From the human T2T-CHM13v2.0 reference genome, Homo sapiens, in the NCBI RefSeq assembly GCF_009914755.1, contig NC_060936.1: a stretch of DNA of 64,000 bases; one strand, given 5' to 3'. Shown here piece after piece: positions 1-14,379 of the stretch. Both the position numbers and the translations under genes were made by a program. A model generated the notes under the pieces. The model was not told the DNA's origin. It worked only from the letters and a program-made list of their open reading frames with translations, and made no database searches. The first letter of the stretch is position 1; every line of letters starts with the position of its first letter.

Positions 1-1208
1 CTTAAAAAGCTTTGCTATGTTTAAGTGTTATGAGTTATTTCCTTTTCTAAAGTGAAAAGTACTTTTACCTAAGCCATGAATTTCATCATTCAGTTCCAAA
101 TTATTATATATATGTATATATTTTACTATTTTAATTGTGGGAAAAAAACTCACAAAATGCTGTTGCTGTGTTTTTTATAAAGAACAGATTTGGACAAAAT
201 AGAACAAGGTCATAGCTGACTGAAATATCAAAAATCACTGGGTCTAAATAAATGGAAATTAAACAGTAGGAGTAATATGAATATAAATATAATAAAGGAA
301 ATGTAAAACATTATGCAGTCAATTTCTCGCTATTGAGTTTAGTTTACTATGGAAATCTTTGTATTCTATATTGGGCTCCTGAATTCACCCACTGTAAAGA
401 ATGACATGGTAGATTTGATTAGAAGATAATTTAAACTATTTTCCATTGAATTAAAATGATAATTCTGGTAACAGGTAGGTAGTCTTATTCTGGCAAAAGG
501 GCCAGCAAAAGAAGTGAAAACAGATGATGGGAGAAAAAGGAGAAGACTCATCAATAAGTTGTAGTCAATATATATTTTCTGGGCCCCTTTCACGTGGTTA
601 ATGTTTTCAAAACTACTTGTATAATTTTCAATATGATCACTAGATATTATTAGTTATTAGGCCAGCAATCCAAATATGCTCAAATTCATATATTAAAATG
701 TTTTAGAAATATTATTTTTGACCCGGTCTTCAGCAAAAGAAAGGCATAGCTTTTTGAGGTACATTTTATAGCAAAAATTTTCAGAAGAGGAACTGATTTT
801 CAAAATCTACAATCAACTAAATTCAAATAGATATTATAGCTTGAAAGCCAATATATCTGTAGTTTAGTATGTATAACAAAGTTATTTTATTATAAAAATA
901 TTTTTAAACTTTCTTTTTAAAGAAAAAGTCATTCAGGCTGTCTTTTAATTTTACTAACTAGATACTTTCCAGCTCACTGCTGGATTACTACCACTGCTAA
1001 AAACTGTTTTTTTTTTTTCTAAAGTACTGGAAATATTTTAGAGACTACTGATCAGAATTTTATCTTGATTTGCATAAGGGATGAAGCTCCTTTGTGTACT
1101 ACACTTTTCAAAAAATATTCAGCAAAATCACTAAATTTCAATCACTTCTCTTCAAATATTACAGTAGTATAGAAATGTGAAATTAATAGCTAACATAAAA
1201 GCTTTTGT

Positions 1209-1507
<299 letters not shown>

Positions 1508-2835
1508 TTAGGTCTCCGATGTTCACTTCTTTTACTGTTAAACTTAACAAGTTTAATGATTCACAAAGTGACCCTACGGTTACATCTTTCCATTCCTTTG
1601 CAAATACGTGAGAAGCAAATGGCTTAGAGGCAATAAACTAAGAAAGGAGAAGCAGATGGTCTGCATAACTTTCACAGAAGACAGCTAATACTTGGGGATC
1701 ACTAATAGCATTTATTCTACTGCTATAGCCTTACACATCCTAAGCAATCTACTCAGTGAAAACCACCTTCCATCCAAATGATACAATGAAATGGGAGACT
1801 CAACTTAGGAAACAGAAGTTACAACACAGATGAATTATCTACATTCAAAAGAGGGCTTTTATCTGTAGAATAGTAAATTACAGCTTCCATCAATTCTGTG
1901 AATTCAATACTCCCCACCAGAAGATTCCCATGTCGAAAGAGAGGTCTCTTTTCAGATTTCTAGTGATTCAAAGACATCTATCTATATTTGGAATTATAAT
2001 GAAAACTGTAATTCTCTATAAGGCAGCCTTGTAAATAGTTAATAGCAACCCAAAAGTATGTGATCCCTCTCCTTCATATAGCACTCAGGAGCACATTATT
2101 GTACCACTGGGTATCTGCAAGAATATATTAGGGCCTTCAAATTACGAGATCACTGCATCCCTGTCTGTCGTTGAATTGTGAACACACAAAAAAGCAGTGT
2201 TGTCTCACAAAATAGACTCTTGTGCAAGCTCACCCTAAAGACCATTTTCACTTTAGCCTGTTGACTCTAAAGTATTTATTTTTGGCTTCTTCATGTGAAT
2301 TTTCTTTTATCCTTCCACCACACAGCAAGACAAAGCCTTGGAAAGACAGCCTTTAGATAAAGTTACACCATTTTTGCAACTGAAAACACCAATGCCAAAG
2401 AACTGGAATTGTTTAGTCCAAAGGGATGAAGAGAAAAGACTGTGCTGAACGAGAGGACGCAAGCAGCAATCAGAGGTTAGGCTGTAGTGACACATTGCAC
2501 TCAACCGCGGCCGGCTTCACTTGGCACCCAGAGGAAAAACAGTCCGCTCTGCTGCCAAAGCAAGTCCGGTGGCCAGCCACAGTCTAGCCGCTTTCTACCA
2601 GCCAAATTATTTTATTCTTTTAGTCTCTTGTCCTTTTATGATTTGAGTGTGTTATGGCCTTTATTTTTTTCCCAATTCAAAATGAATATGATATGAATAT
2701 GGTGGGCAAGGCTAGATCTTCCATAGGGAAAACTATCTGTGTAGACAAAGAGGAAAAATCATGATTGTCTTAACTCTTATTTAACATGACTTGGAAAAGA
2801 AAAGAAAGCGCTGTATTTTTTTAAAAACATAAACA

Positions 2836-4494
2836 ATTATTTTGAGATACGTTCCATTGATATCTAGTTTTTTGAGCGTTTTTAGCATGAAGGGGTGTTG
2901 AATTTTATCGAAGGCCTTTTCTGCATCTATTAAGATAATCATGTGGTTTTTGTCATTGGTTCTGTTGATGTGATGGATTACGTTTATTGATTTGCGTATG
3001 TTGAACCAGCTTTGCATCCCAGGGATGATGCCGACTTGATCGTGGTGGATAAGCTTTTTGATGTGTTGCTGGATTCAGTTTGCCAGTATTTTATGGAGGA
3101 TTTTTGCAATGATGTTCATCAGGGATATTGGTCTGAAATTTTCCTTTTCTGTTGTGTCTCTACTAGGTTTTGGCATCAGGATGATGCTGGCCTCATAAAA
3201 TGAGTTAGGGAGGAGTCCCTCTTTTTCAATTGTTTGGAATAGTTTCAGAAGGAATGATACCAGCATCTCTTTGTACCTCCAGTAGAATTTGGCTGTGAAT
3301 CCATCTGGTCCTGGGCTTTTTTTGGTTGGTAGGCTACTAATTATTGCCTCAATTTCAGAACTTGTTATTGGTCTATTCAGGGATTCGACTTCTTCCTAGT
3401 TTAGTCTTGGGAGGGTGTGTGTGTCCAGAAATTTATTCATTTCTTCTAGATTTTCTAGTTTATTTGCATAGAGGTGTTTATTGCATTTTCTGATGGTAGT
3501 TTGTATTGATGTGGGATTAGTGGTGATATCCCCTTTATCATTTTTTATTGCATGTATTTGATTCTTTTCTCTTTTCTTCTTTATTAGTCTGGCTAGCAGT
3601 CAGACTATTTTGTTGATCTTTTTTGTTGATCTTTTTTGTTGATCTATTTTGTTGATCTTTTCAAAAAACCAGCTTCTGGATTCACTGATTTTTTGAAGGG
3701 TTTTTCATGTCTCTATCTCAACATATGAAAAAAAGCTCATCATCACTGGTCATTACAGAAATGCAAATCAAAACCACAATGAGATACCATCTTATGCCAG
3801 TTAGAATGGCAATCATTAAAAAGTCAGGAAACAACAGATGCTAGAGACGATGTGGAGAAATAGGAACGCTTTTACACTGTTAGTGGGAGGGTAAATTAGT
3901 TCAACCATTGTGGAAGACAGTGTGGCCATTCCTCAAGGATCTAGAACCAGAAATACCATTTGACCCAGCAATCCCATTACTGGGTATATACTCAAAGGAT
4001 TATAAATCATTCTACTATAACGATACATGCACATATATGTTTATTGCAGCACTGCTCACAATAGCAGAGACTTGGAACCAACCCAAATGCCCATCAATGA
4101 TAGACTGGATAAAGAAAACATGGCACATATACACCATGGAATACTATGCAACCATAAAATAGGATGAGTTTATGTCCTTTGTAGGGACATGGATGAAGCT
4201 GGAAACCATCATCCTCAGCAAACTAACACAGGAACAGAAAACCAAACATCGCATGTTCTCACTCATAAGTGGGAGTTAGACAATGAGAACACATGGACAC
4301 AGGGAGGGGAACATTATACATTGGGATCTGTCCGGGGGTGGGGGGCTAGGGGAGGGATAGCATTAGGAGAAATACCCAATGTGGATCACGGGTTGATGGG
4401 TGCAGCAAACCACCATGGCATGCGTATACCTATGTTACAAACATGCATGTTCTGCGTATGTATCCCAGAACTTAAAGTATAATTTAAAAAAAAA
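2836..4494. mobile_element. L1PA (about PA7/8) 5'-truncated insertion with 5' inversion: ORF2 RT segment on minus (2836-3719), 3' end and A-tail on plus (3720-4494)
   Basis: ORFs 2781..3017 and 3075..3266 (-) and 3908..4162 (+) translate to L1 ORF2. G-rich 3'UTR. TSD aaaaa(c/g)ataaacaa. Confidence 0.93.
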
Positions 4495-6217
4495 GATAAA
4501 CAAAAATTGGATGAGGTTCGGAGAACGTCCCAAATTCAACAAAAGGCGTTTCTACTCTGGTTTCTCTCTCTTCTTTCTTGAGATTTTCTGTCAATAGCAG
4601 TGACATGGCTTTGGAAAGTTAAAACTAGGCATAAAGAGGAAGGGAGGGGAAAGATAGCCACAGAAAGCAATGATATCATGTTTTCTCCCATTTCCATTAT
4701 GGCTCTGAGTCCATGAATTAGAGTTGGTGAAATCTGTGTGAAGAAATCCTGCTTGCCTCTTCTAATTTATGTCCAATGAAGTGACCTTCTTTATATCATT
4801 TTGGTTGCATTCCTGCTCTGGGAACTCTAAGAATATTTGCTAGAAGCAGATATTTATGTGAACTTACTGAGTAATACAACAAAGAGGGGGTTGTGTTGAT
4901 ACCATAGATAAGATCAATGCAGATGTACTGGGCCAATTAGAAATTTTCATTACTTTAAAAAAAAAAAGACTTACAAGGCAGAATACAGAATATATCCAGC
5001 TGTGGGGTGTAGAGAACAGTTCACACCCTAGTCTCCAAGGTACTATATCTCAACTTCATTTTTCTCACGCAAGATCCAGTTATTCCAAACTAAAATTCTG
5101 TCTCCAGTGATGTGGACATGCCCACAGAAACACAGTAGTAATGAGGTCATTTATATGTGCACAATTGAGAGAAAAGGTTATTTCCCAGGAGAAGTCATTT
5201 ACCTTATTTAACACTCCTACTGTGGCATATGTTCTTGGATTATAGTATTTATATTTAAATACACCTGGTTCCAATGAAAACTCTCAGTTCACTCAGAAGA
5301 GCAGAGCGACAGTGAATCTGACTGGTCTCACAATGGATCTCTGAGATTGTCTAGAGGGGTGTGCATGTGTGCGTGTGTACACGTGTTTATCCATATAAAG
5401 TTACTGACATATAAATACAATGGATGGAGGCAAAGCATACACAAAGGACCTTGAACCTTGACTTCTGTCAGCAGATATGCCTGGAACCTTGCAATAAATC
5501 AACAAACGTTTCTTGCCAAAATATATCTTTGCCCATCGGAAATGAAAATAAAATACTCCTTAATATTTTGTATTAATTTTTAAGGGAGAGTTCTAGTAAT
5601 AAGACTAGATTGCAAATCTTGGAAGGATTCTAATACACAGAAAGCAAGGAGAAGACATAGTAACAAATGCATTACAAAGTAACCAAATGAATGGCCTGTT
5701 CTGCCCTTCCTGTTTCAGGTGTCAGTATTTTGTTTTTTGCAGGTGGAATTCAAGATACAGAGTCTATTATATTTAGACAGGTTCAACTGCTTTTTCACGT
5801 GGGGGTTAAAGTATTGGGTTATGAGACAAACTAAACTAAACAATTTTGAGTTTGGCTGCTGTTCCTTTCTAATTTTTCCTGACCTTCCCTTTCTTGGCAG
5901 TCTTAAGGCTCTAATATCTTGTCTTCTGGCTATGAGAACAGAGCATATGGTTTGCTTGAAGATTCTTGTTCAACACTTATCCATTAATCTGACAGCAGGA
6001 AGTGCTAAAGAGCAGAAACAGGAGTCGGTCAGACTCTCACCTCAAGTCCAAGGCAAATATGCTTGCCCCTAAAAGACATACTTGATCTTCAAGTTCAGGA
6101 AAACCAGATACAAAGGTAACTGCTAACATTTCTCCCTTATGATTTCGGGACATTCTTTCAGTAAGCTATTTCATCAGTAATTATATTATTCATATATGAT
6201 TTTTTCCCTTATAGAAC

Positions 6218-6256
<39 letters not shown>
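6218..6256. repeat. (CA)n microsatellite
   Basis: Seen directly, about 19 units. Confidence 0.97.
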
Positions 6257-6261
<5 letters not shown>

Positions 6262-7606
6262 TATCAAAACAAGGAATTAAAGCAAGGAATTATGGAATTA
6301 TGGTTTGTATAGGGTTTGGGAATAATGTTTTGGTTTTGTGATAAATCCTAAGTAACACTTCACTTGCCTTTATTTATCTATACGTAATTCCCAAGAAACT
6401 CTGTCCTGCCTTCTTCCAACTGTCACAGCTACCTGGAGGGAATTTATCAGCAACCAGTACTTCTGTCAAAACTTTGTGAAAAATAACTATGCTGTGCTGT
6501 TGAATAATTTCTACATAATGACTAATATAGTTGAGGAGAATCTCTGTAAACCAGTGAGAAATCATGATAATAAAAGCTCACAAGGATGTCCAAGATTCTT
6601 GTTTAATCTGTATCCATCAATCAACTACTCAGATTTTAATTTGGGCTCCTTCATTTCTACCCTATTAAATTCCCTTTACCATCTTCCTTCTCTTTTCTGT
6701 TGTGTTTTGAAAGAAAGCCTATATGTTAGTGAAACGCAATTAGTGGAAATAAGATTCTCTCAATAGTAGAGATAAACATGCTTTTTCTTTTCAAAACCGG
6801 CAAATACCTATTTAAAAAATTACACTCAACTCAACATTACCATCAAAGTAGCTTATCCATGTTCCGGATCGCACAGACTACAAACTATATTCCTTGCCTT
6901 CTGGAATGTCTTTCTCATCTCTCCTACTTGATACTCCAGCTCATTGGCTTATGAACCCCCTACCAGGGCAGGTACAATTCATTATTCATTCATGCATGCA
7001 TTCGAAAGACATTTCTTGAATGCATTTGCCAATCAGTGTAGTAGGGGATTTATGTTACTTTTAATCCAATGCCCATACAAGGTACAAGGTACACATTCTT
7101 ATTTTACAGATGAGGAACTGGGACTAAAATTAACTTGCTAGACCAAGTCTGTGTGATGCCAAAGCTTGTGCTTGTTCTTCTACATTATGCAAGACAGAAG
7201 GCAACAGATGATTAACTGTAGTTTTCTACATTTTGCACTAACATGACCCTCCACTGGCTTAAAACGTAGAAAGTTGCCATCCTTCCAGGCAGGACCAACT
7301 CAGTGAAGGAAATGAGTACATCTGTTCACTTGCCAAATGTGCTCTTTTGGAAAAAAAAATTTGAAGTTATACAAATATTTGCCATTCCATTAACTTATGT
7401 GATCTAGAAACTAATGAACACAAAATGAATTTTTGCTTTTTGGGCTATTTGTCTTGTCATTAGCTAAAACATTATGACAAACTTCATCTGTAACATAAAC
7501 AAACCTGAGCTATTTTAAAGTCCAGAAAATGTGAAGCTAGTGCCGAATCTCAGTGGAATACTAATTTTTACAACTGTCTGCCTCTTTGCAGCAGGCGTCT
7601 TCTCTA

Positions 7607-7768
<162 letters not shown>

Positions 7769-7871
7769 TTAACCACACAACAGGAGAGGTAATAAGAAAC
7801 AGTCACACTTATTACTACACTATTTACTCAACACAGTGACAAACTGATGGCATGGAATGATCAGTAAATAG

Positions 7872-8185
<314 letters not shown>

Positions 8186-9648
8186 CAGTAAATAGACTTC
8201 TACTTCAAAATAAAGACCAGCTACTACTGCTCTTTGCATTCTTAGTAGAGATGGTGTGGTCAGGTGTTTATTTCCTTTCTTATACCCTTACTAGGAAAAA
8301 GAGTCCTTCTAATAACAACATTGTATTAAAGATCAGTTCATAAATTTCCACATAATTATTGTAGCCATGAGAATAAAGCATAGCCTACTACATTAAAAGG
8401 GCCTTACAAAATCCAGGATAAATTGTGTAGAAATGCAACTGTACCGATATTTTGTGGCATTTATTTTACTTTTCCAAACAACACAGTTAGAGTTGGGTGG
8501 GAAGTGCTGGCACAGAACCAGGGAAGACAGAAAACTATGCATTTGCAATTGGCAAAAATATACTTTTAAAATTATCTTTTTGCCTAATATTTCTGGGAAC
8601 CAAAGGAAAAAAACTGGGGTGGCAACAAGTAGAGGATGGGGACACTAGAGATGACGGCAAATGCTCTACACCCCCAAATTCTGAAATATTTGTAAGGATG
8701 GTCATTGCATAAAAGGAATTTGGTCTGTGTACTTTCAGGGTTCTATGATATATATCGTTTGGATATTGATCTTCAGCAAATTAAGTTAATTCTTGGTGCT
8801 CAATAAAATCACACCAAATTCTGTGTAACCTATTTTATAAATAAAACTGTTAGTAAAAGCCCTATCCATTTAAACATCTGAGCCAATATCTCAAAGAAAT
8901 TCATGTTACATGGTAGAAAAAATCTTCTCTAAATCACAACAATAGTCTCTTTTTATTTCTCAATTATTTTTCCTGAATAACAGAAACATTGGAAGGCTGG
9001 ATAATATAATAAAAATAACTGGTTTGAAGGTAGGGAAAATACCAAATCAAAATGTGATTTATTCACTCTCTGCAGCCACGGCTTGTCTTATAGAGACCTC
9101 CCATCTATGGGTTATGTTTGCAAGAAATAAGCAAACTTCATCTGACAAAATGGCAGTGATTCCTTCTGGATAAAACACTTCCCCCACTCACCTCCCCAAT
9201 TTTTAAGTAAAATTGTAAAAATGTATAATAAATCATCATATGTCAAAGAATGAAGATATCCTGGGAGGGGTGTTCATTTGGCCCACTGAAGTAATCCATA
9301 CAGGCCAATATAAAGCAGACGCTTGATATCTATCCAATCAATCTGATCATTCCAATATGTCAAAAAAGATAGATAATTCAGTCGGACAGTAAGCTCTAAT
9401 CTACAATAATCAGAGAACTCAGCAATCATAGCTAAATAGTTACCTCACATTGAGTTGAGTATCCATGACCCAAATGCCATGCTGCCATGCACAGGAGGAC
9501 CTGGCCTGAATGGCAGCACTCATGCTGTGGGACTAAGCAGTCCAAGCTTACCCTCCAGCTGACCTTTTTAGGGATGAATATAGAGAACAACTGAAGGGTA
9601 GGGGGGATGTTCAAAGGGTTATAGGATTTACTGAAACAATGAACATGA

Positions 9649-10570
<922 letters not shown>

Positions 10571-11214
10571 CCTCAAACACTTGATTCTGACAAAGTGCTT
10601 TATCTGGAACACTTTTGACTCTTCCTCTAGTTTTGGGATATTGTTTCAGATCCACTCTTAAAGAGTTTGTAAATGGAGTTGGCAATAGTCTGAGGCAGCA
10701 GTGAGAGGGGAGGGGTGAAAATGCAGTGCACATTCTTTCTGCGTGTTTCTATTTGGCAAGAAACCTTCTGTTTTCCTAATGGAAACTTTGACACACTCAG
10801 CCTGTATCTTTTCATCCATATCCAGCTCATCTTCTGAACATTCTTAGACCTTTATTCTGTCAGACAAGAAAAAAATAGGAAAGGTCACTAAAATCTCAGT
10901 CTAATTTAACTGTGATGCTTTCGTGGTAAACTACTTGAGGGAGTTCATTGCTTCATGTGAGTACACCACGAACCCTCAATGCGGGGGAGGAAAAGCAGCC
11001 TCATCAGTAAATATTAACTTTCCAAAGAGTTCAAGACTCTGGGGACTCCAGATAGCTTGAAAGAAAGGAACAGATGGATGGAAAAAGACACAATCAATTC
11101 CTGACCACAAGTACCAAATGTAAGGATTCTAGAATTTTATCCATGGCAGCAGGGCCATCCCATTTTCAAGACTTCTTTTGGGTTTAAAAATGCTGATATT
11201 TATGATAGTTAATA

Positions 11215-11990
11215 AAAATGCTTTACGTCCCTAATCATCAGAGAAATGCAAAGTAAAACCACAATGAGACACCACCTTACCCCTGCAAGAATGGCCATAG
11301 TTTAAAAATAAAAAAAAAAAATAGATATTGACGTGGTGAAAAGGGAACACATTTACACTGCTAGTGGCAATGTAAACCAGTGCAATCACTATGGAAGACA
11401 GTATGGAGATTCCCTAAAAAACTAAAAGTAGAACTGCTATTTGATCCAGCAAACCCACTAGTAGGTATCTACCCAGAGGAAAAGAAGTCATTATATGAAA
11501 AAGACAGTTGCACACACATGTTTATAGCAGCACAAGTTGCAACTGCAAAAATATGGAACCAGCCTAAATGCCCATTAACCAGTGAGTGGGTAAAGAAAAT
11601 GTGGTATATATACATCATGGAATACTACTCAGCCATAACAAGGAACGAAATAATGGCATTCTCAGCAACCTGGATGGAATTGGAGACCATTACTCTAAGA
11701 GAAGTAACTCAAGAATAGAAAACCAAATATCATATGTTCTCATTTATAAGTGGGAGCTAAGCTATGAGGATGCAAAGGCATAAGAATGATATGATAGACT
11801 CTGGGGACTTGGGGTGAAGGATGGAAGAGGGGTGAGGAATAAAAGACTACACATTAGGTACAATGTACACTGCTTGGGTGACAGGTGTACCAAAATCTCA
11901 GAAATTATCACTAAATAACTTATCCATGTAACAAAAAATTGCCTGTTCCCAAAAAACCTATTGAAATAAATAAACTAAAATAAAACATTA
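11215..11990 (+). mobile_element. L1PB/L1MA-type 3' fragment
   Basis: ORF 11380..11718 is the L1 ORF2 C-terminus. 3'UTR gggagctaagctatgaggatgcaaaggc. A-rich tail. Confidence 0.9.
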
Positions 11991-13476
11991 AAAAATGAAC
12001 TCTGGAGGATCTAAACCTGGATTGGATCCTGCAGGTACTTCCAGATAGAAGTTGAGTTGTCTTTTGTTTCTTCCAACTCTAATTCAAGCATTGAAATTTA
12101 ACATAATATTTTGTTCTACTTAAAGCTACCTAGAAGTTTTCCTAATGTAAAATTAAGGATAGTAATGCTAAATTATGCTCATGTGTCTAGGGAAGAAGGT
12201 AAATGAAAAATCTGAATCTTGACTCTTGGTCAATTTCCTCTTTCATTCTAAATCTTCCTCATTCCCTTCACGATGCTCTGCCTTGTTCTTGTCCCCATCC
12301 CTCTCAGAAGATGACTTCCCCTGTCCTTCAAGGAGAAAACAGAGGCTGTTATATGTTGAACTCATCAACTTCCTGTTGTTTCACCTGCCAGTTTTCCTGA
12401 ATCTATTCAGATCCTTTTCATACCTTCATAGAGGAGCTATGTACCAAATACTCTTCAAGCTGAAGTGGTCTTCACACTTGGGCACTTAACATACTCCTGC
12501 TAATCTGCTGTAATAATCTTCTCCGTTAACTGTCCCATCCCGCCTATATCTCCACTTCTTCCCTTCAGTCTTTGAAAATGTCTAGTTCATTATCCTCTTA
12601 AAAATGAAAACGCAATAGTAAAAAAGCTCCTCCTTTTAGTTAGCTCTCCTAAACTCCTTCCCACCTCAGTAAAACTCTTTCAAAAAGTAGTTTTTCCTTG
12701 CCATGTCCATGTTCTGATTTCCAATTAATTTTTTAACCCTCTGAATTTTGCCTTCGATTCTCTCCACTTTATCATTACTGTTCTTGCTAAGGTTATCAAT
12801 AGCTTCATGGTTGCCATATCCAATGGACACTTTTAATTCCTTTTTATTCTTCTTTTATGTTGTTATTACTATTGACCATTCAATTTCTTTTTAAAATGCT
12901 CACTTGATTAACTCCAATGATGCCACTATCCTGATTTTTTGCCTATTACTTAGATGGCTTATTTTCCCAACTGGTCTGAATTCCTCTCCCTTAGTAGGAA
13001 GATGGTTTCTGCCCTATTAAGTATTAACATTTGGCACTTATATGTCATTGAGGTCTTGGAAGGAAATGGACAAGACTGAATTAAGGTGCATTACAGTGGT
13101 GTTGCCTAGGGTAATATGCATCAAACACAGGTAGAGCAGTCCCTTAGGCTTTCCAGACCTGTCCTTGACCTGGGTAGAGCTGCTACAGGTAAAGGTTTAC
13201 TTACCAGAAGGTGCCATTTGGATAAAGGGCTATCAAAAATTTCAGCTGACCACTTAAGGGCCTTTAATGGCCTCTAGGGAGGCGAAGTGCTTGGGTGCTG
13301 GCCTCTCCTATCTGGATATATATATGTATATGTATATCCATTTGGTACTTGTGGTCAGGAATCGAATGTGTCTTTTTCCATCCATCTGTTCCTTTCATAT
13401 ATATATATCCAGAAGAATAAAAGAGGGGCTGAAAATGATATATATATATGACTTATACATATAGCATATATAACAT

Positions 13477-13481
<5 letters not shown>

Positions 13482-13529
<48 letters not shown>
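13482..13529. repeat. (CA)n microsatellite preceded by (TA)-rich low complexity
   Basis: Seen directly, about 24 units. Confidence 0.97.
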
Positions 13530-13532
<3 letters not shown>

Positions 13533-14379
13533 GCGCACATGAGGAGGGAGCCCAGTGAACTGATCTTTCCCACCATTAACTTCTCACTCATAGGATAGTT
13601 GATCTTTACAGGGACCAACTTGCTAAACTAGCAGTCACAACATCAAGGTTGCCAAGACGTAGATCCTCCTCCCATAAACAAGGCATTGGTTTGGATTTGA
13701 CGGCATCAGGCTGGCATATGTTGGGGTTGGCCAGGAGCAGGAGGAGCTCAATAGGATTTTTAGTTGAAAGACTGAGACCATGACAAGGGGCAACATCAAC
13801 CCTTCCCCTTTACTGAGCAAGCTGACTGGGAACAGAATTCAAACAGTCTGTCCAAATTAGGAGGGCTGGAAGCAGATAGATGTTGAAGTAAAGAGCCATG
13901 GAGATATTAACAGAAAGTAGTAGGTTGAGCAACGAAGTGTCCTTTAATTTATTCACAAAACATCTGGACACCTAGTATGTAACTGACTCTGTCAATATTC
14001 TAAAGATTAAGATGAAGGACACATTACAGCTCTTAAGTAGCTCCCAATCTTGTAGAGGAATGCAAACACACAAACAGTTGATTATGATGCAGTGTGCTAA
14101 GTTTAGGATGCAACTTAACATAGAGATCTAAGAAGGACATGGACTCTACATTCTAACATTCAGAGAAGGCTTACCACAGTAGATGATAATCATGGACTGA
14201 TATTTCAGCAATGAGATAGGCACTGGTTAGCCAAATATAAAAGGATATTGGGAGGGACAAGTAATATAACCTATCTTCCTCTTAACCTAAGAGGACCAGC
14301 TTTGTTTAATGAGGCAGCAATTGGCAGATCATATTTTCCACAGGATCTTTTTTATCTACTTTTTCGTTAAGTGCTGGTA

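Noticed and set aside
3606-3657. Short repeat arrays as CRISPR-like
   Set aside because: Eukaryotic intron, no unique spacers, no cas genes.
4334-4358. G-quadruplex-forming run
   Set aside because: Standard L1 3'UTR G-tract, not locus-specific.
5701-5745. Two good plus-strand acceptors (ctgtttcag, ttttttgcag) suggesting an antisense lncRNA exon
   Set aside because: No paired donor or promoter can be supported from sequence alone. Stranded RNA-seq would be needed.
13040-13900. GC-richer block that may be an old LTR or regulatory element
   Set aside because: I could not assign a family or termini with confidence.
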